A stretch of 64,000 bases of DNA from Minisyncoccia bacterium (GCA_044229265.1 JBGATK010000005.1:14963-78962); one strand, 5' to 3'; shown: positions 1 through 9,303, numbered from the stretch's first letter. The notes: generated by a model from the sequence alone, not told the origin. Program-made: numbers and translations.

Positions 1-163
1 TATTTAAATCAAAACTACCGTCATAGTTTATTTTAATTGGGATAACTTCGTATTTATTTTTATTTATAGCATCTATCACATTTTTAGAAGAATTTATAGA
101 CACCTCGTGCTCTGCACTTCTACCACCAAAAAGTATTGCTATCTTTAGTTTATTTTTACTCAT
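1..163 (-). CDS. ddl: D-alanine--D-alanine ligase, N-terminal part (runs off window start)
   Basis: Manual translation MSKNKLKIAILFGGRSAEHEVSINSSKNVIDAINKNKYEV contains the Ddl N-terminal GGxSxEHEVS motif; not in the ORF track. Confidence 0.9.
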   Translation of the reverse strand, partial: MSKNKLKIAILFGGRSAEHEVSINSSKNVIDAINKNKYEVIPIKINYDGSFDLN

Positions 164-177
164 AACTTTATTATATA

Positions 178-942
178 CTAAACTTCTAAAACTGCATTTT
201 TGAAATCTTTTGGCATTTTGGTTATGTTTTCTGCGCCTTTTGTTTTGATAACCATCATGTCTTCTATGCGTACACCACCGAGGCCTCGAATGTATATACC
301 GGGCTCTATCGTCATCACGCAACCTACTGGCAGAGTGTCAGTAGTATTTGGCTTGAAATTCGGCCATTCGTGGATGACTGTGCCCACGCCGTGCCCTAGA
401 CCATGCTTGAAATTATTTTTATATTTTTGTGCGAGGAAAGACCTCGCACAAGTGTCTACTTTTTTAGCATCTTTCTCCCCTTTTTCAAGTAGCTTGATGG
501 CTAGTTCATTTGCACGCAAGACATCTTTATAAATTTTAAAAAGTTTTTCTTGTTTTATTTTTCCTTTTTTATCAATTGATAGTCCAAAGAAAAATGTGCG
601 AGTCATGTCTGAGCAATAATGATTCACTGTGGTACCAAAGTCTAGCATGATAATGTCACCCAATTTTAACTTTGTATCATTTGGCTCGTGGTGAATATTG
701 GCAGTATTTTTTCCAAAGGCCACTATCGGCGTAAAAGAAAGTATCGGCGCATCGTATTTTACAAATTGATTTTTGATGAAATTTTGAACTTCTAATTCAC
801 TTATATTTAGCTTAAGAAATTTCAAAACATCAGCCAGAACTTTCTCAGATATCCTTTGCGCTTTGATAATATTTGCGAGCTCTGCTTTAGTTTTAGGCGC
901 CCTAACTTCATGTATTAATTTAGTGTTATTATTTTTTCCCAT
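178..942 (-). CDS. M24 family Xaa-Pro aminopeptidase (catalytic domain only)
   Basis: Motifs DFG...YCSDMTRT, HGLGHGVG..IHE, TIEPGIY...GVRIED. Confidence 0.9.
   Translation of the reverse strand: MGKNNNTKLIHEVRAPKTKAELANIIKAQRISEKVLADVLKFLKLNISELEVQNFIKNQFVKYDAPILSFTPIVAFGKNTANIHHEPNDTKLKLGDIIMLDFGTTVNHYCSDMTRTFFFGLSIDKKGKIKQEKLFKIYKDVLRANELAIKLLEKGEKDAKKVDTCARSFLAQKYKNNFKHGLGHGVGTVIHEWPNFKPNTTDTLPVGCVMTIEPGIYIRGLGGVRIEDMMVIKTKGAENITKMPKDFKNAVLEV
427..451. repeat. REP-like palindrome TTGTGCGAGG-N5-CCTCGCACAA, in frame in the M24 peptidase (CARSFLAQ)
   Basis: Perfect 10-bp arms; second copy at 18692-18716. Confidence 0.8.
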
Positions 943-1976
943 GGCAAATTTTCTTTTCCAAAGTGGCCGTATTTGGCAGTTTGGCTGTAAATTGGCTTTT
1001 CTAATTCTAATTTTTCGATTATGGCTCTCGGGCGGAAATCAAAATTCTTTTTTACTACAATGCTCAAGTCTTCACCTTTTTCATTTATAGCTTCTATCAT
1101 GAGGGGCTCAGCCATGCCTATAGCATAAGCTACAGATACGAGGGCTTCTTTTGCAAAACCATTTGCTACTAAATTCTTAGCCACAAACCTACACATATAA
1201 GCACCGCTTCTGTCTACCTTGGTAGCATCTTTGCCAGAAAAACACCCTCCGCCGTGCGGTATGAGGCCACCATAAGTATCTACCATGATTTTGCGACCAG
1301 TCAGCCCTGTGTCAGCATAAAAACCACCAGTAGTGAATGAACCAGAAGGATTAACAATAATTTCTACGCCTATAAAATCTGCCCCTAGAACTGGCGCAAT
1401 TATTTTTTCAGTAATTTCTTTTTTAATTTCTTCGTTGGTTATATTTACATCATGCTGAGTACTTACGAGTACGGTTTTTACTTTACCACCTATTATTGTT
1501 ATTTGTGTTTTGCCATCAGGTAAGAGCCATGCTATTTCGCCGGACTTTCTTTTTTCTTCCAAAGCTTTCGCGAGTTTGTGGGCAAGCACTACACCTCTAG
1601 GTAAATATTCTGAAGTTTCATCTATAGCAAAACCGTACATTATGCCTTGGTCGCCAGCACCACCTGTGTCTACTCCGCCTGCTATCTCGCGGGATTGAGT
1701 AACCACTTGCACAGCGATATCTAGCTCTTCTTTGTAGCCGATATTTTTGTAAACATCTTTTGCAATTTGTGCGTAATTTATTTTAGCATTTGTAGTTATC
1801 TCGCCACCTATAACGAGGTGTCCGTGCCCGCCAAAAACTTCGACAGCCACACGACTCTTTGGATCTTCGTTTAGACAAGCGTCCAAAATAGCGTCAGAAA
1901 TTTGGTCGCAAACTTTATCAGGGTGTCCTTCGGTTACAGATTCGACTGTGTAATTGTCATTGTGTTTATAAAACAT
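915..1976 (-). CDS. metK: S-adenosylmethionine synthetase
   Basis: ESVTEGHPDK, GAGDQG, DTGLTGRK, GKDATKVDRS motifs; start placed at MFYKH, behind a TGCTATACT box. Confidence 0.97.
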   Translation of the reverse strand: MFYKHNDNYTVESVTEGHPDKVCDQISDAILDACLNEDPKSRVAVEVFGGHGHLVIGGEITTNAKINYAQIAKDVYKNIGYKEELDIAVQVVTQSREIAGGVDTGGAGDQGIMYGFAIDETSEYLPRGVVLAHKLAKALEEKRKSGEIAWLLPDGKTQITIIGGKVKTVLVSTQHDVNITNEEIKKEITEKIIAPVLGADFIGVEIIVNPSGSFTTGGFYADTGLTGRKIMVDTYGGLIPHGGGCFSGKDATKVDRSGAYMCRFVAKNLVANGFAKEALVSVAYAIGMAEPLMIEAINEKGEDLSIVVKKNFDFRPRAIIEKLELEKPIYSQTAKYGHFGKENLPWEKIITLN

Positions 1977-2034
1977 AAAATTCAGTATAGCATTAATTTT
2001 TTGCATTAAAAAGTATATCTGTTAAGATTAAGAC

Positions 2035-2964
2035 ATGCCTAAAAATACAAAAAACAATAAAGAAAAAACAGAAATAAAATCTATAATAAATGAGAAAAAC
2101 ATATCAAATGCTGATGTGGTGTTCCTTTCTTGTTCTTACGACAAAACGGCATCCAGCCATAAAGGCACAGCTATGGGACCAAAAAAGGTTATAGAAATGC
2201 TCGAGAGTCAAATTGAATTTTATGACAGATCTTTAAATGTAGAGATGATTGATTATATAAAAAGTGCACATAAAGACATGGGTAATTTGAATAAATTCTC
2301 GCCCGATGATGTTTTACGCAAAATTCACGCTACTGCTGAAGAATTAGTAAATATGGATAAGTTTGTTTTCGTGCTTGGAGGTGAGCATTCTGTACCACTT
2401 GGACTTTACCAAACTCTTGCGGATAAATACAATCCGAAGGATGTGACCATACTGCAAATAGATGCACACCTCGACATGCGCAACGACGATAGCGATTACA
2501 GTAAGAATCCTACGCACCTCGCCCACTCGACCATAATGCGCAGAGCTCATGAGTTAGGATTTAATATAATAAATGTCGGAGCTCGAAGCTTTTCGAAAGC
2601 TGAATTAGATTATGCAAATAGTTTCAAAAATATAAAAGTCTTTCAATTTGGACACCCAATGAAGAAGCCAGAAAAAGAAGAAATCCTAAAAGCTATCAAG
2701 ACAAAATATTTATACATCACCATAGATGTGGATGGTTTTGATCCATCTGTAATGCCTGGCACCGGCACTCCAGTCCCTGGTGGCCTAAAGTGGAACTATG
2801 GTATGAAGCTCATAACAAAAGCCATAAATAAAAAAGGCACCACATTAATTGGTGCCGACATAGTCGAAGTCTCTCCGCAAAAAGAAACAGTTATAACCGA
2901 ATACGCTTCTGCGCAGCTCGCTTATAGTATAATCTGCGAAAAATTCAAAACTAGAGTGAAATAA
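2035..2964 (+). CDS. speB: Agmatinase / ureohydrolase family
   Basis: GGEHS, DAHLD, IDVDGFDP..PGTGTPVPGG motifs. Confidence 0.85.
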   Translation: MPKNTKNNKEKTEIKSIINEKNISNADVVFLSCSYDKTASSHKGTAMGPKKVIEMLESQIEFYDRSLNVEMIDYIKSAHKDMGNLNKFSPDDVLRKIHATAEELVNMDKFVFVLGGEHSVPLGLYQTLADKYNPKDVTILQIDAHLDMRNDDSDYSKNPTHLAHSTIMRRAHELGFNIINVGARSFSKAELDYANSFKNIKVFQFGHPMKKPEKEEILKAIKTKYLYITIDVDGFDPSVMPGTGTPVPGGLKWNYGMKLITKAINKKGTTLIGADIVEVSPQKETVITEYASAQLAYSIICEKFKTRVK

Positions 2965-3019
2965 AAAAATCCCCGGCAGTTTATTACCAGGGAAATAATT
3001 GTTTACAATAGGTCTTTCT

Positions 3020-3715
3020 TTATGCGGTCTTCAAAAACAAAAAGAAGTTTTTGAAAAATTTATAAACACTTGAGAACACAAATCTTAATGTGAACCCAAA
3101 TGTTGCACCGAGGATAAATGGCAGGTTTTTAAATAGTCCAGACTTAATCATTGCTAAAATGTAGTACTTAAATCTCAAACAATTGCCAAATTTCCTAATT
3201 TCCTCATCTTTATTCCACTTATCAAATGAAATAAGATTAATAAATAATAAAGAAAGTGAGGACATTGCAAATCCTAAAATAATGTAAGTTCCTAAAAAGG
3301 TTATTAATCCATTAATTAAATTGGACAATGGGCCATACTTTAAATAAAACAAGTCAACAAAAGCAAATACTAATGGATATACCATCATAATACTAAAAGA
3401 AAGTATTGTAACAATTGCTACTCCAACTCTGGCATTGTACTTTTGTTCAATTGCAATCGAGTCAGTGTTTGGTTCTCTTCCGAAAATTTCATCTTTCTCA
3501 TTCCAAATGAAAGCGATAATGAAAATTAAAGGGAAGAAAATCAAATTCCACCAGTGGGAAATTTGAAGTGCATTAGGAAGATTTATCTCCCAAGTATCCC
3601 AAATGATTAAGGTTTTTTCATACAATGGTGTAGCTCTTGTAGCCAACAACACTGTGTAAGTGACCATGGTCATAAATGTAAACCAAAGGTACAAAGAAAA
3701 CTGTTTCCAATTCAT
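3020..3715 (-). CDS. Hypothetical multi-pass membrane protein
   Basis: 231-aa ORF with several hydrophobic segments and its own upstream promoter. Confidence 0.65.
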   Translation of the reverse strand: MNWKQFSLYLWFTFMTMVTYTVLLATRATPLYEKTLIIWDTWEINLPNALQISHWWNLIFFPLIFIIAFIWNEKDEIFGREPNTDSIAIEQKYNARVGVAIVTILSFSIMMVYPLVFAFVDLFYLKYGPLSNLINGLITFLGTYIILGFAMSSLSLLFINLISFDKWNKDEEIRKFGNCLRFKYYILAMIKSGLFKNLPFILGATFGFTLRFVFSSVYKFFKNFFLFLKTA

Positions 3716-3804
3716 AAAAAATTAATTAATATGTGAAAGAAATTTTGCGTCTACTCTCTTTGATTATGCTGATTTTCAACGCACCACTCAGCGAATTCTT
3801 ATAT

Positions 3805-3834
3805 AGAATAGCACACTTAGTAGTAAAAGTCAAG
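3805..3834 (-). promoter_or_regulatory. Sigma70-type promoter TTGACT-N17-TATTCT with extended -10 TG
   Basis: Minus strand CTTGACTTTTACTACTAAGTGTGCTATTCT; 24/30 identical to 4249-4278. Confidence 0.6.
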
Positions 3835-3907
3835 TTTATTGTCCTAAATAAAAAAAATAGTCACTTAAATTTAAGCGACTATTTGTATCTTATTGCAGAG
3901 AATAATT

Positions 3908-4144
3908 TTAATCTTCTGCGTATTTTACACTCAAGGCAATTACCCTAAGTGTATCTTCAGGGCAATTCTTTTTTATTAAAAAATATTCCATAGTATCTTT
4001 TTTTGTAATCTGAAATATTTGATCCCCTTCAACCGGGGTGTATTCTTTACTGTTAGCTGCTCCCACAACAACTCCAGCAACAAACCAGCAGGAAGTTAAA
4101 GTAAACATAAAAGATACGACGATAAGAAATAATACTTGTTTCAT
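3908..4144 (-). CDS. Small putative lipoprotein
   Basis: MKQVLFLIVVSFMFTLTS-C signal peptide with lipobox-like Cys. Confidence 0.6.
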   Translation of the reverse strand: MKQVLFLIVVSFMFTLTSCWFVAGVVVGAANSKEYTPVEGDQIFQITKKDTMEYFLIKKNCPEDTLRVIALSVKYAED

Positions 4145-4248
4145 TTTTAATTGATTTAGTTAGGTAAAAAATAATATCCCATTTATATGAGGTGCTATTT
4201 TTTTCCTAACTAAATTTCTATTTCAAAGAACTACTTAATTACACATAA

Positions 4249-4278
4249 AGTATACCATACTTAATGATAAAAGTCAAG
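4249..4278 (-). promoter_or_regulatory. Sigma70-type promoter TTGACT-N17-TATACT with extended -10 TG
   Basis: Minus strand CTTGACTTTTATCATTAAGTATGGTATACT. Confidence 0.65.
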
Positions 4279-4308
4279 CATATTTGCTATTTTTCTTATA
4301 GAATAAGG

Positions 4309-5166
4309 CTATAATCCTTCTTCTTTTAGCTTTTCGAGTAATTCTTTAGCTTTATTTGAGATTTTGTGCGGGAGCTTGATATGGATTTTTACATACAAAT
4401 CCCCTTTTGTACCTTTAAAAACAGCTTCGCCTTTGCTAGACATTTTCAAAGTCTCACCACTATGCACACCAGCTGGTACTGGAATAGTTATTTCTTCAGT
4501 TTTTTTCAAAATTCCTTTTCCTCTGCATTCATCACAAACTTCTTTTGGAATTTCACCAGATCCAAAACAATAATCGCATAAACGAGTATTATTTATATTG
4601 CCGAGTATAGTTCTTTTAACTTCATGAATTTTTCCTTTGCCGCCGCAAGTTTTACAAGTATCCATCTTACTACCCTTTTTTGCACCACTACCACTACAAT
4701 TATCACATTCACTATTTTTTGTAACTGTAATTTTTTTATTTACACCGAGTATTGCTTCTGTAAAAGATATATTTATTTCAGTTTGCAAATCTCTTCCGCG
4801 ACGAGATTGCGCACGAGAGCCGCCACCGAAAAAGTCTGAAAAAATATCATTGAGGTCAAATTCTATTCCGCCCCCCTGACCAAAGCCACCGCCAAAGTCG
4901 AAGCCTTCAAAACCACCAAAGCCACCGCCTTGATTTGATCCACCACCCATATTTGCGTACTGCGAGCCAAATCTGTCGTACTGAGCGCGTTTTTGGTCAT
5001 CAGAGAGGGTCTGGTAAGCTTCATTTGCTTCTTTGAATTTAGTTTCATTGCCTTCCTTTTTGTCAGGGTGATACTTGTGGGCGAGCTTATAAAACGCTTT
5101 TTTAATTTCGTCTTTAGTGGCTCCTTTATTTACACCTAAAATTTGGTAATAATCTTTATTACTCAT
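4309..5166 (-). CDS. dnaJ: Chaperone DnaJ (short C-terminus)
   Basis: J domain with HPD, G/F-rich region, four CxxCxGxG repeats. Confidence 0.95.
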   Translation of the reverse strand: MSNKDYYQILGVNKGATKDEIKKAFYKLAHKYHPDKKEGNETKFKEANEAYQTLSDDQKRAQYDRFGSQYANMGGGSNQGGGFGGFEGFDFGGGFGQGGGIEFDLNDIFSDFFGGGSRAQSRRGRDLQTEINISFTEAILGVNKKITVTKNSECDNCSGSGAKKGSKMDTCKTCGGKGKIHEVKRTILGNINNTRLCDYCFGSGEIPKEVCDECRGKGILKKTEEITIPVPAGVHSGETLKMSSKGEAVFKGTKGDLYVKIHIKLPHKISNKAKELLEKLKEEGL

Positions 5167-5208
5167 AGTTTTTATATATTAACAGAATTCTAATAAAATT
5201 CAATTTTC

Positions 5209-6672
5209 TTAAATCATCGGCTCTGATTCTACTTCTTTTTGATTTTCTTTTTCTTCGTCATTCTTACTTCCATGTCCTCTGATTGCAGATTTTTCCTCTG
5301 CACTACGAATTATAGTTGCCTCTTCTTCTTCGATAAGTTTTCTGGCTGAATCTTTTGGAATCGCGTATTTTCTACGAGAGGCCGCGATGATTTCTTCTTT
5401 GTATGAAGGGTGCGTAGGTGGTAATACACGCAAGGTTTCAGCAGAAAATGGATCATAACTCTCGCCATCAATAGTCATTTTGACATAAAATTCTCCTACA
5501 GCTAGGTTGATCAAATCTTTAATATCAAAAATAGGGGCGAACTCTGGTTTTAATTTTACAGCATCTTCGCCACCTACACGAAATGCAATAACCGAACCCA
5601 CATTACCTAGAACTGCTTGATGAACTTTTGGAATTATTTGCCCTACGTATTGATGCGCCATAGTTAAATTGAGTCCATATTTACGAGCTTCCGAAAGAAT
5701 ATTTTCAAAAGTTTGAGTTACGATATTTTGGAACTCGTCCACATATAAATAAAAATCATAACGCTGATGCTCGGGTATAGCTGCGCGTTCCATACCTGAC
5801 TGTTTGATTTTTGTTAAAAACATCGAACCAAAAAAACTAGAGTTCTCTTCACCAATGCGTCCTTTGGAAAGATTAATCAAAATAATTTTCTTATTATTCA
5901 TCAGTTCTGAGATAGAAATTTTATTTTCTCTCTGGCCGAAAATATTTCGAAGGAGTGGATCAGACAGGAATTGGCCTAATTTATTTACAAGTGGAATAAT
6001 AGCATCGGTATCGAACTTCTCAGACCAATCAGCGAATTCGATAGCGAAGAATCTTTTAACCATATCATCTTGAATATATTCCACTACTTTTTGACGATAA
6101 TTTCTATCCGTAAGCATGCTGATCATACCGCGCATTGTGGCATAAGGATAGTCGAGTAGTGCGAGGCAAGTAAAACGAAATACGTGTTCGAGACGAGGAG
6201 TCCAGTTTGCACCGAATTGCTTTTGGAGGACTTCGATGAGTCCTTGAGTAAGTTGGAATTTAAACATCGGATCCACATTGGAAAGTGGATTAAATGATGC
6301 TGGATATTCTGTATCTGAAGGGTCTATAATACATACATCCTCGATACGCTCCCGTGGAATATAATCCAAGATTTGATCTATGAGTTCACCGTGTGGATCT
6401 ATAACACAAAGTCCATGGCCATAAGAAACATCTTGCCTGATAAAAAGTTCGAGTAATTTGGATTTGCCAACTCCGGATTTTCCTATGATATATAAATGCC
6501 TACGCCTGTCGACACGCTTGAGTCCAAAAATAAATTTCTTTTCTTCAAGAGCAGCTACGTAATTTGTACGCCCAATAAAAGAAGCTTCTTCCGGCCTAAC
6601 TTTACCAAATATCGGAAGCTCTGGTGGTGGTGGAGCGTATTTAATTATCTGCACTCTATTACCCTTTGCCAT
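5209..6672 (-). CDS. VirD4/TraD-like (type IV secretion coupling protein family) ATPase
   Basis: Walker A GKSGVGKS, IDPHG, Walker B YVDEFQN, SEARKYGL motifs. Confidence 0.85.
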   Translation of the reverse strand: MAKGNRVQIIKYAPPPPELPIFGKVRPEEASFIGRTNYVAALEEKKFIFGLKRVDRRRHLYIIGKSGVGKSKLLELFIRQDVSYGHGLCVIDPHGELIDQILDYIPRERIEDVCIIDPSDTEYPASFNPLSNVDPMFKFQLTQGLIEVLQKQFGANWTPRLEHVFRFTCLALLDYPYATMRGMISMLTDRNYRQKVVEYIQDDMVKRFFAIEFADWSEKFDTDAIIPLVNKLGQFLSDPLLRNIFGQRENKISISELMNNKKIILINLSKGRIGEENSSFFGSMFLTKIKQSGMERAAIPEHQRYDFYLYVDEFQNIVTQTFENILSEARKYGLNLTMAHQYVGQIIPKVHQAVLGNVGSVIAFRVGGEDAVKLKPEFAPIFDIKDLINLAVGEFYVKMTIDGESYDPFSAETLRVLPPTHPSYKEEIIAASRRKYAIPKDSARKLIEEEEATIIRSAEEKSAIRGHGSKNDEEKENQKEVESEPMI

Positions 6673-6738
6673 ATGTTCTTTTATTTTAACATAAATACAA
6701 AATTTTGTATTTATAAAATTTAATTGTATTATATAATT

Positions 6739-7473
6739 ATGAAATTACACAGATTTATCGGAGAGTATAATTTGAATCAAAATTTGGTAGAAATCACAAA
6801 TCCTGAAAATATCAAGCAAATAAAGGGTGTTTTGCGGTTAAAAGAAGGAGAGAGTGTTGTTTTGTCAGATGGACTTGGATCTCAAGTAGAAGCCAAGATC
6901 ACTTCTCTTGCGCATGATAAAATAATTTGTGAAATAATTAGAAAATTAGAAAGTTCAGAGCCGAAGAAAAAAGTCAGTCTTTGCCTCGCTATACTTAAAA
7001 AAGAAAACTTCGAACTAGCAGTACAAAAAGCTGTCGAATGCGGTGTGAGTGAAATAATTCCCATAATTACAGAAAGGACAATCAAGACTGGGCTCAATAT
7101 GGAAAGGTTAAATAAAATAATTCTAGAAGCGAGCGAGCAATGCGAGCGAAGTGTGGTACCAAAACTTCATGAAATAATTAAATTCGAAGACGCTATCAAG
7201 GGCGGAGGCAATTCCTCCGCTAGTTTAGAGAAAGTAATTTTCACCCCGTCACTCGCGAGCGACAGGGTAAATACAGAAAATTCTACAGAGTATACACCGA
7301 ACAAAAATGCCAGTGATGCTAGTATTTTTATTGGTCCTGAAGGTGGGTTTACAGAAAATGAAATAATTCTTGCAAATAAATATGGCTACACTGTCGCTTC
7401 TTTAGGAAACTTAATATTACGCGGAGAAACTGCAGCGATAGTCGCTACCTATCGTGTTGTAAACGGAGTTTAA
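6739..7473 (+). CDS. rsmE: 16S rRNA m3U1498 methyltransferase
   Basis: QKAVECGV, EASEQC, IFIGPEGG, ILRGETAA motifs; carries a palindromic in-frame insert. Confidence 0.93.
   Translation: MKLHRFIGEYNLNQNLVEITNPENIKQIKGVLRLKEGESVVLSDGLGSQVEAKITSLAHDKIICEIIRKLESSEPKKKVSLCLAILKKENFELAVQKAVECGVSEIIPIITERTIKTGLNMERLNKIILEASEQCERSVVPKLHEIIKFEDAIKGGGNSSASLEKVIFTPSLASDRVNTENSTEYTPNKNASDASIFIGPEGGFTENEIILANKYGYTVASLGNLILRGETAAIVATYRVVNGV
7201..7271. repeat. Two GC-rich hairpins inside rsmE
   Basis: GCGGAGG-caatt-CCTCCGC (7202-7220) and TTCACCCCGTCACTCGCGAGCGACAGGGTAAA (7240-7271). Confidence 0.65.
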
Positions 7474-7474
7474 A

Positions 7475-8089
7475 TTATTTTTTAAATTCGTAAACTTTTA
7501 CTTTGGCAGGTCTTAAAATCTTGTCTTTCATTTTATAGCCAACTTGAATAATACTTTCTATTTTATGATCTTTTTCTGGTACATCTGTAGAAACAAGCTC
7601 AACCGATTCGTGAAGATTTGGATCGAAAATGTCACCCACAGAGCCCAAGCTCTTTACTCCATATTCTTCGAAAATAGAATTCATTTGATTGTAAATATAT
7701 TCTACTCCCACTCGCCAAGCAGGATCTACTTTTTCCCAAGCATTTTTATTTGCAAAAGCCATACTAAAGCTATCAGCTAATGCTAAAAAACTTTCAAGTA
7801 TTTGTTCCCGAATAGTTTCCTTGCGACGTTCCAACCTATCATTTTCTTCTTTTTTGTAATTAGCAAAATCTGCTCGCTCCTTCTGCCAGCCAGTCAAATA
7901 TTCTTCCTTTTCTTTCTTTGCCTGCTTTAAATCATTACGGAGTTTCTTTAAAGTCTTCTTCAAATCTTCCTCACCATCATCGTTAAATTCAAATTCTAAA
8001 ATGTCATCTTCTGCCTCCTCGGGAATTTCAGCCTCTACAACTTCCTCATTTTTTAAATCTAGATTTTTTGTATTTTCTTCATCTTGCAT
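7475..8089 (-). CDS. grpE: Nucleotide exchange factor GrpE
   Basis: ADFANYKK, FDPNLHESV, GYKMKDKILRPAKVKV motifs. Confidence 0.95.
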   Translation of the reverse strand: MQDEENTKNLDLKNEEVVEAEIPEEAEDDILEFEFNDDGEEDLKKTLKKLRNDLKQAKKEKEEYLTGWQKERADFANYKKEENDRLERRKETIREQILESFLALADSFSMAFANKNAWEKVDPAWRVGVEYIYNQMNSIFEEYGVKSLGSVGDIFDPNLHESVELVSTDVPEKDHKIESIIQVGYKMKDKILRPAKVKVYEFKK

Positions 8090-8102
8090 AAGTGCATTTT
8101 AG

Positions 8103-8138
8103 CACAAAAAAATCCCTTCGAAAAGGGATTTTTTTGTG
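8103..8138. terminator. Intrinsic terminator downstream of rpsI
   Basis: CACAAAAAAATCCCTT-cgaa-AAGGGATTTTTTTGTG inverted repeat with A/T tails. Confidence 0.8.
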
Positions 8139-8148
8139 TATTTTTATT

Positions 8149-8553
8149 TTAACGTTTTGACCATTGTGGAGCTTTGCGGGCTTTTTTGAGACCGAATTTT
8201 CGGCGTTCTTTTGCACGAGGATCACGCTTTAAGTATCCAGCTTCTTTGAGCTCACCACGGATATTGCCATCGTGCAATACAAGAGCACGAGCGAGTCCAT
8301 GACGTACAGCTTCAGCTTGAGAATGATGTCCTCCGCCAGAAACTTTTACTTCTACAGAGAATTTTAATTTACCTTTAGATAATGCAGTAGCAAGCATAAC
8401 ACGTTCTTCTTCTGTCTTGAAAAATTCTTTTATATCTGCGCCGTTTATTACAAAACTAGTTTTAGCAGCTTCACGAATGCGAACACGAGCAGTAGAGGTT
8501 TTTCTGCGACCCAATCCTTCAAAATATTCTGATTTTTTTTCTTTCTTTTCCAT
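8149..8553 (-). CDS. rpsI: 30S ribosomal protein S9
   Basis: GRRKTSTARV, GGG..SQAEAVRHG, ERRKFGLKKARKAPQWSKR. Confidence 0.98.
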   Translation of the reverse strand: MEKKEKKSEYFEGLGRRKTSTARVRIREAAKTSFVINGADIKEFFKTEEERVMLATALSKGKLKFSVEVKVSGGGHHSQAEAVRHGLARALVLHDGNIRGELKEAGYLKRDPRAKERRKFGLKKARKAPQWSKR

Positions 8554-8564
8554 TTTTATTAAAA

Positions 8565-8921
8565 TTAATTTTCTATTTTTAAATTCTTTACCATTTCCTT
8601 GTGAAGTTTATTTTTTGGAAGCATACGGTCTACAGATAACAAAAGTAGTGCTCCGTATCCTTTCTTCTCTACTGTTTCTTTTGCTGTAATAGAACGAAGT
8701 CCACCTGGATATCCTGAATAACGTTCATGAGTTATCGATGCAAGTTTTGTTGGAGAAATTGACATTTTTGAGGCATTTATAACCTTTACTGGAGAACCAG
8801 AAAAAACATTTCTTTCAAAAGAAACTTTGTCTTTACCCATAAGAGCTGTAGCTATGGAAGTAGCCACCCTGCCTAAACTCTTACCTGTTGCGTCTATTAT
8901 TTTTTCTTCTTTTTTTATCAT
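8565..8921 (-). CDS. rplM: 50S ribosomal protein L13
   Basis: IDATGKSLGRVA, YSGYPGGL, MLPKNKL. Confidence 0.96.
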   Translation of the reverse strand: MIKKEEKIIDATGKSLGRVATSIATALMGKDKVSFERNVFSGSPVKVINASKMSISPTKLASITHERYSGYPGGLRSITAKETVEKKGYGALLLLSVDRMLPKNKLHKEMVKNLKIEN

Positions 8922-8925
8922 ATAT

Positions 8926-9279
8926 TTATACAAATTCTATTTGTGCCATAGGTGCGCCATCCGACTTACGAACGCCTAATTTAAGAATACGAACATATCC
9001 GCCAGTTCTATCAGTATATTTTGGAGCAATTACTTCAAAAAGCTTTTTCGCATCACGCTTATTGTTGTCTAACTTTGCTACAACTAATTTTCGATTTGCA
9101 AGCGTATCTTTCTTTGCTTTGGTCAACAATTTTTCAACAAATGGTCGTAGCTCCTTTGCTTTTATAAGTGTAGTTTTCATTTTTTCGCGCACTATCAAAT
9201 TACGTGCAAGCGAAGAAACTAGTGCATCACGCTTAGACATTGTTCTCCCGAATTTTCTTTTGTTATTATGGTGTCTCAT
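8926..9279 (-). CDS. rplQ: 50S ribosomal protein L17
   Basis: MRH..., TTLIKAKELR, RTGGYVRI, DGAPMA. Confidence 0.98.
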   Translation of the reverse strand: MRHHNNKRKFGRTMSKRDALVSSLARNLIVREKMKTTLIKAKELRPFVEKLLTKAKKDTLANRKLVVAKLDNNKRDAKKLFEVIAPKYTDRTGGYVRILKLGVRKSDGAPMAQIEFV

Positions 9280-9303
9280 ATCCTTTTTTAAAAATTAAAT
9301 AAA

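Noticed and set aside
5209-6672. Conjugative element around the VirD4-like gene
   Set aside because: No relaxase, VirB4, integrase or att sites nearby; flanks are housekeeping genes
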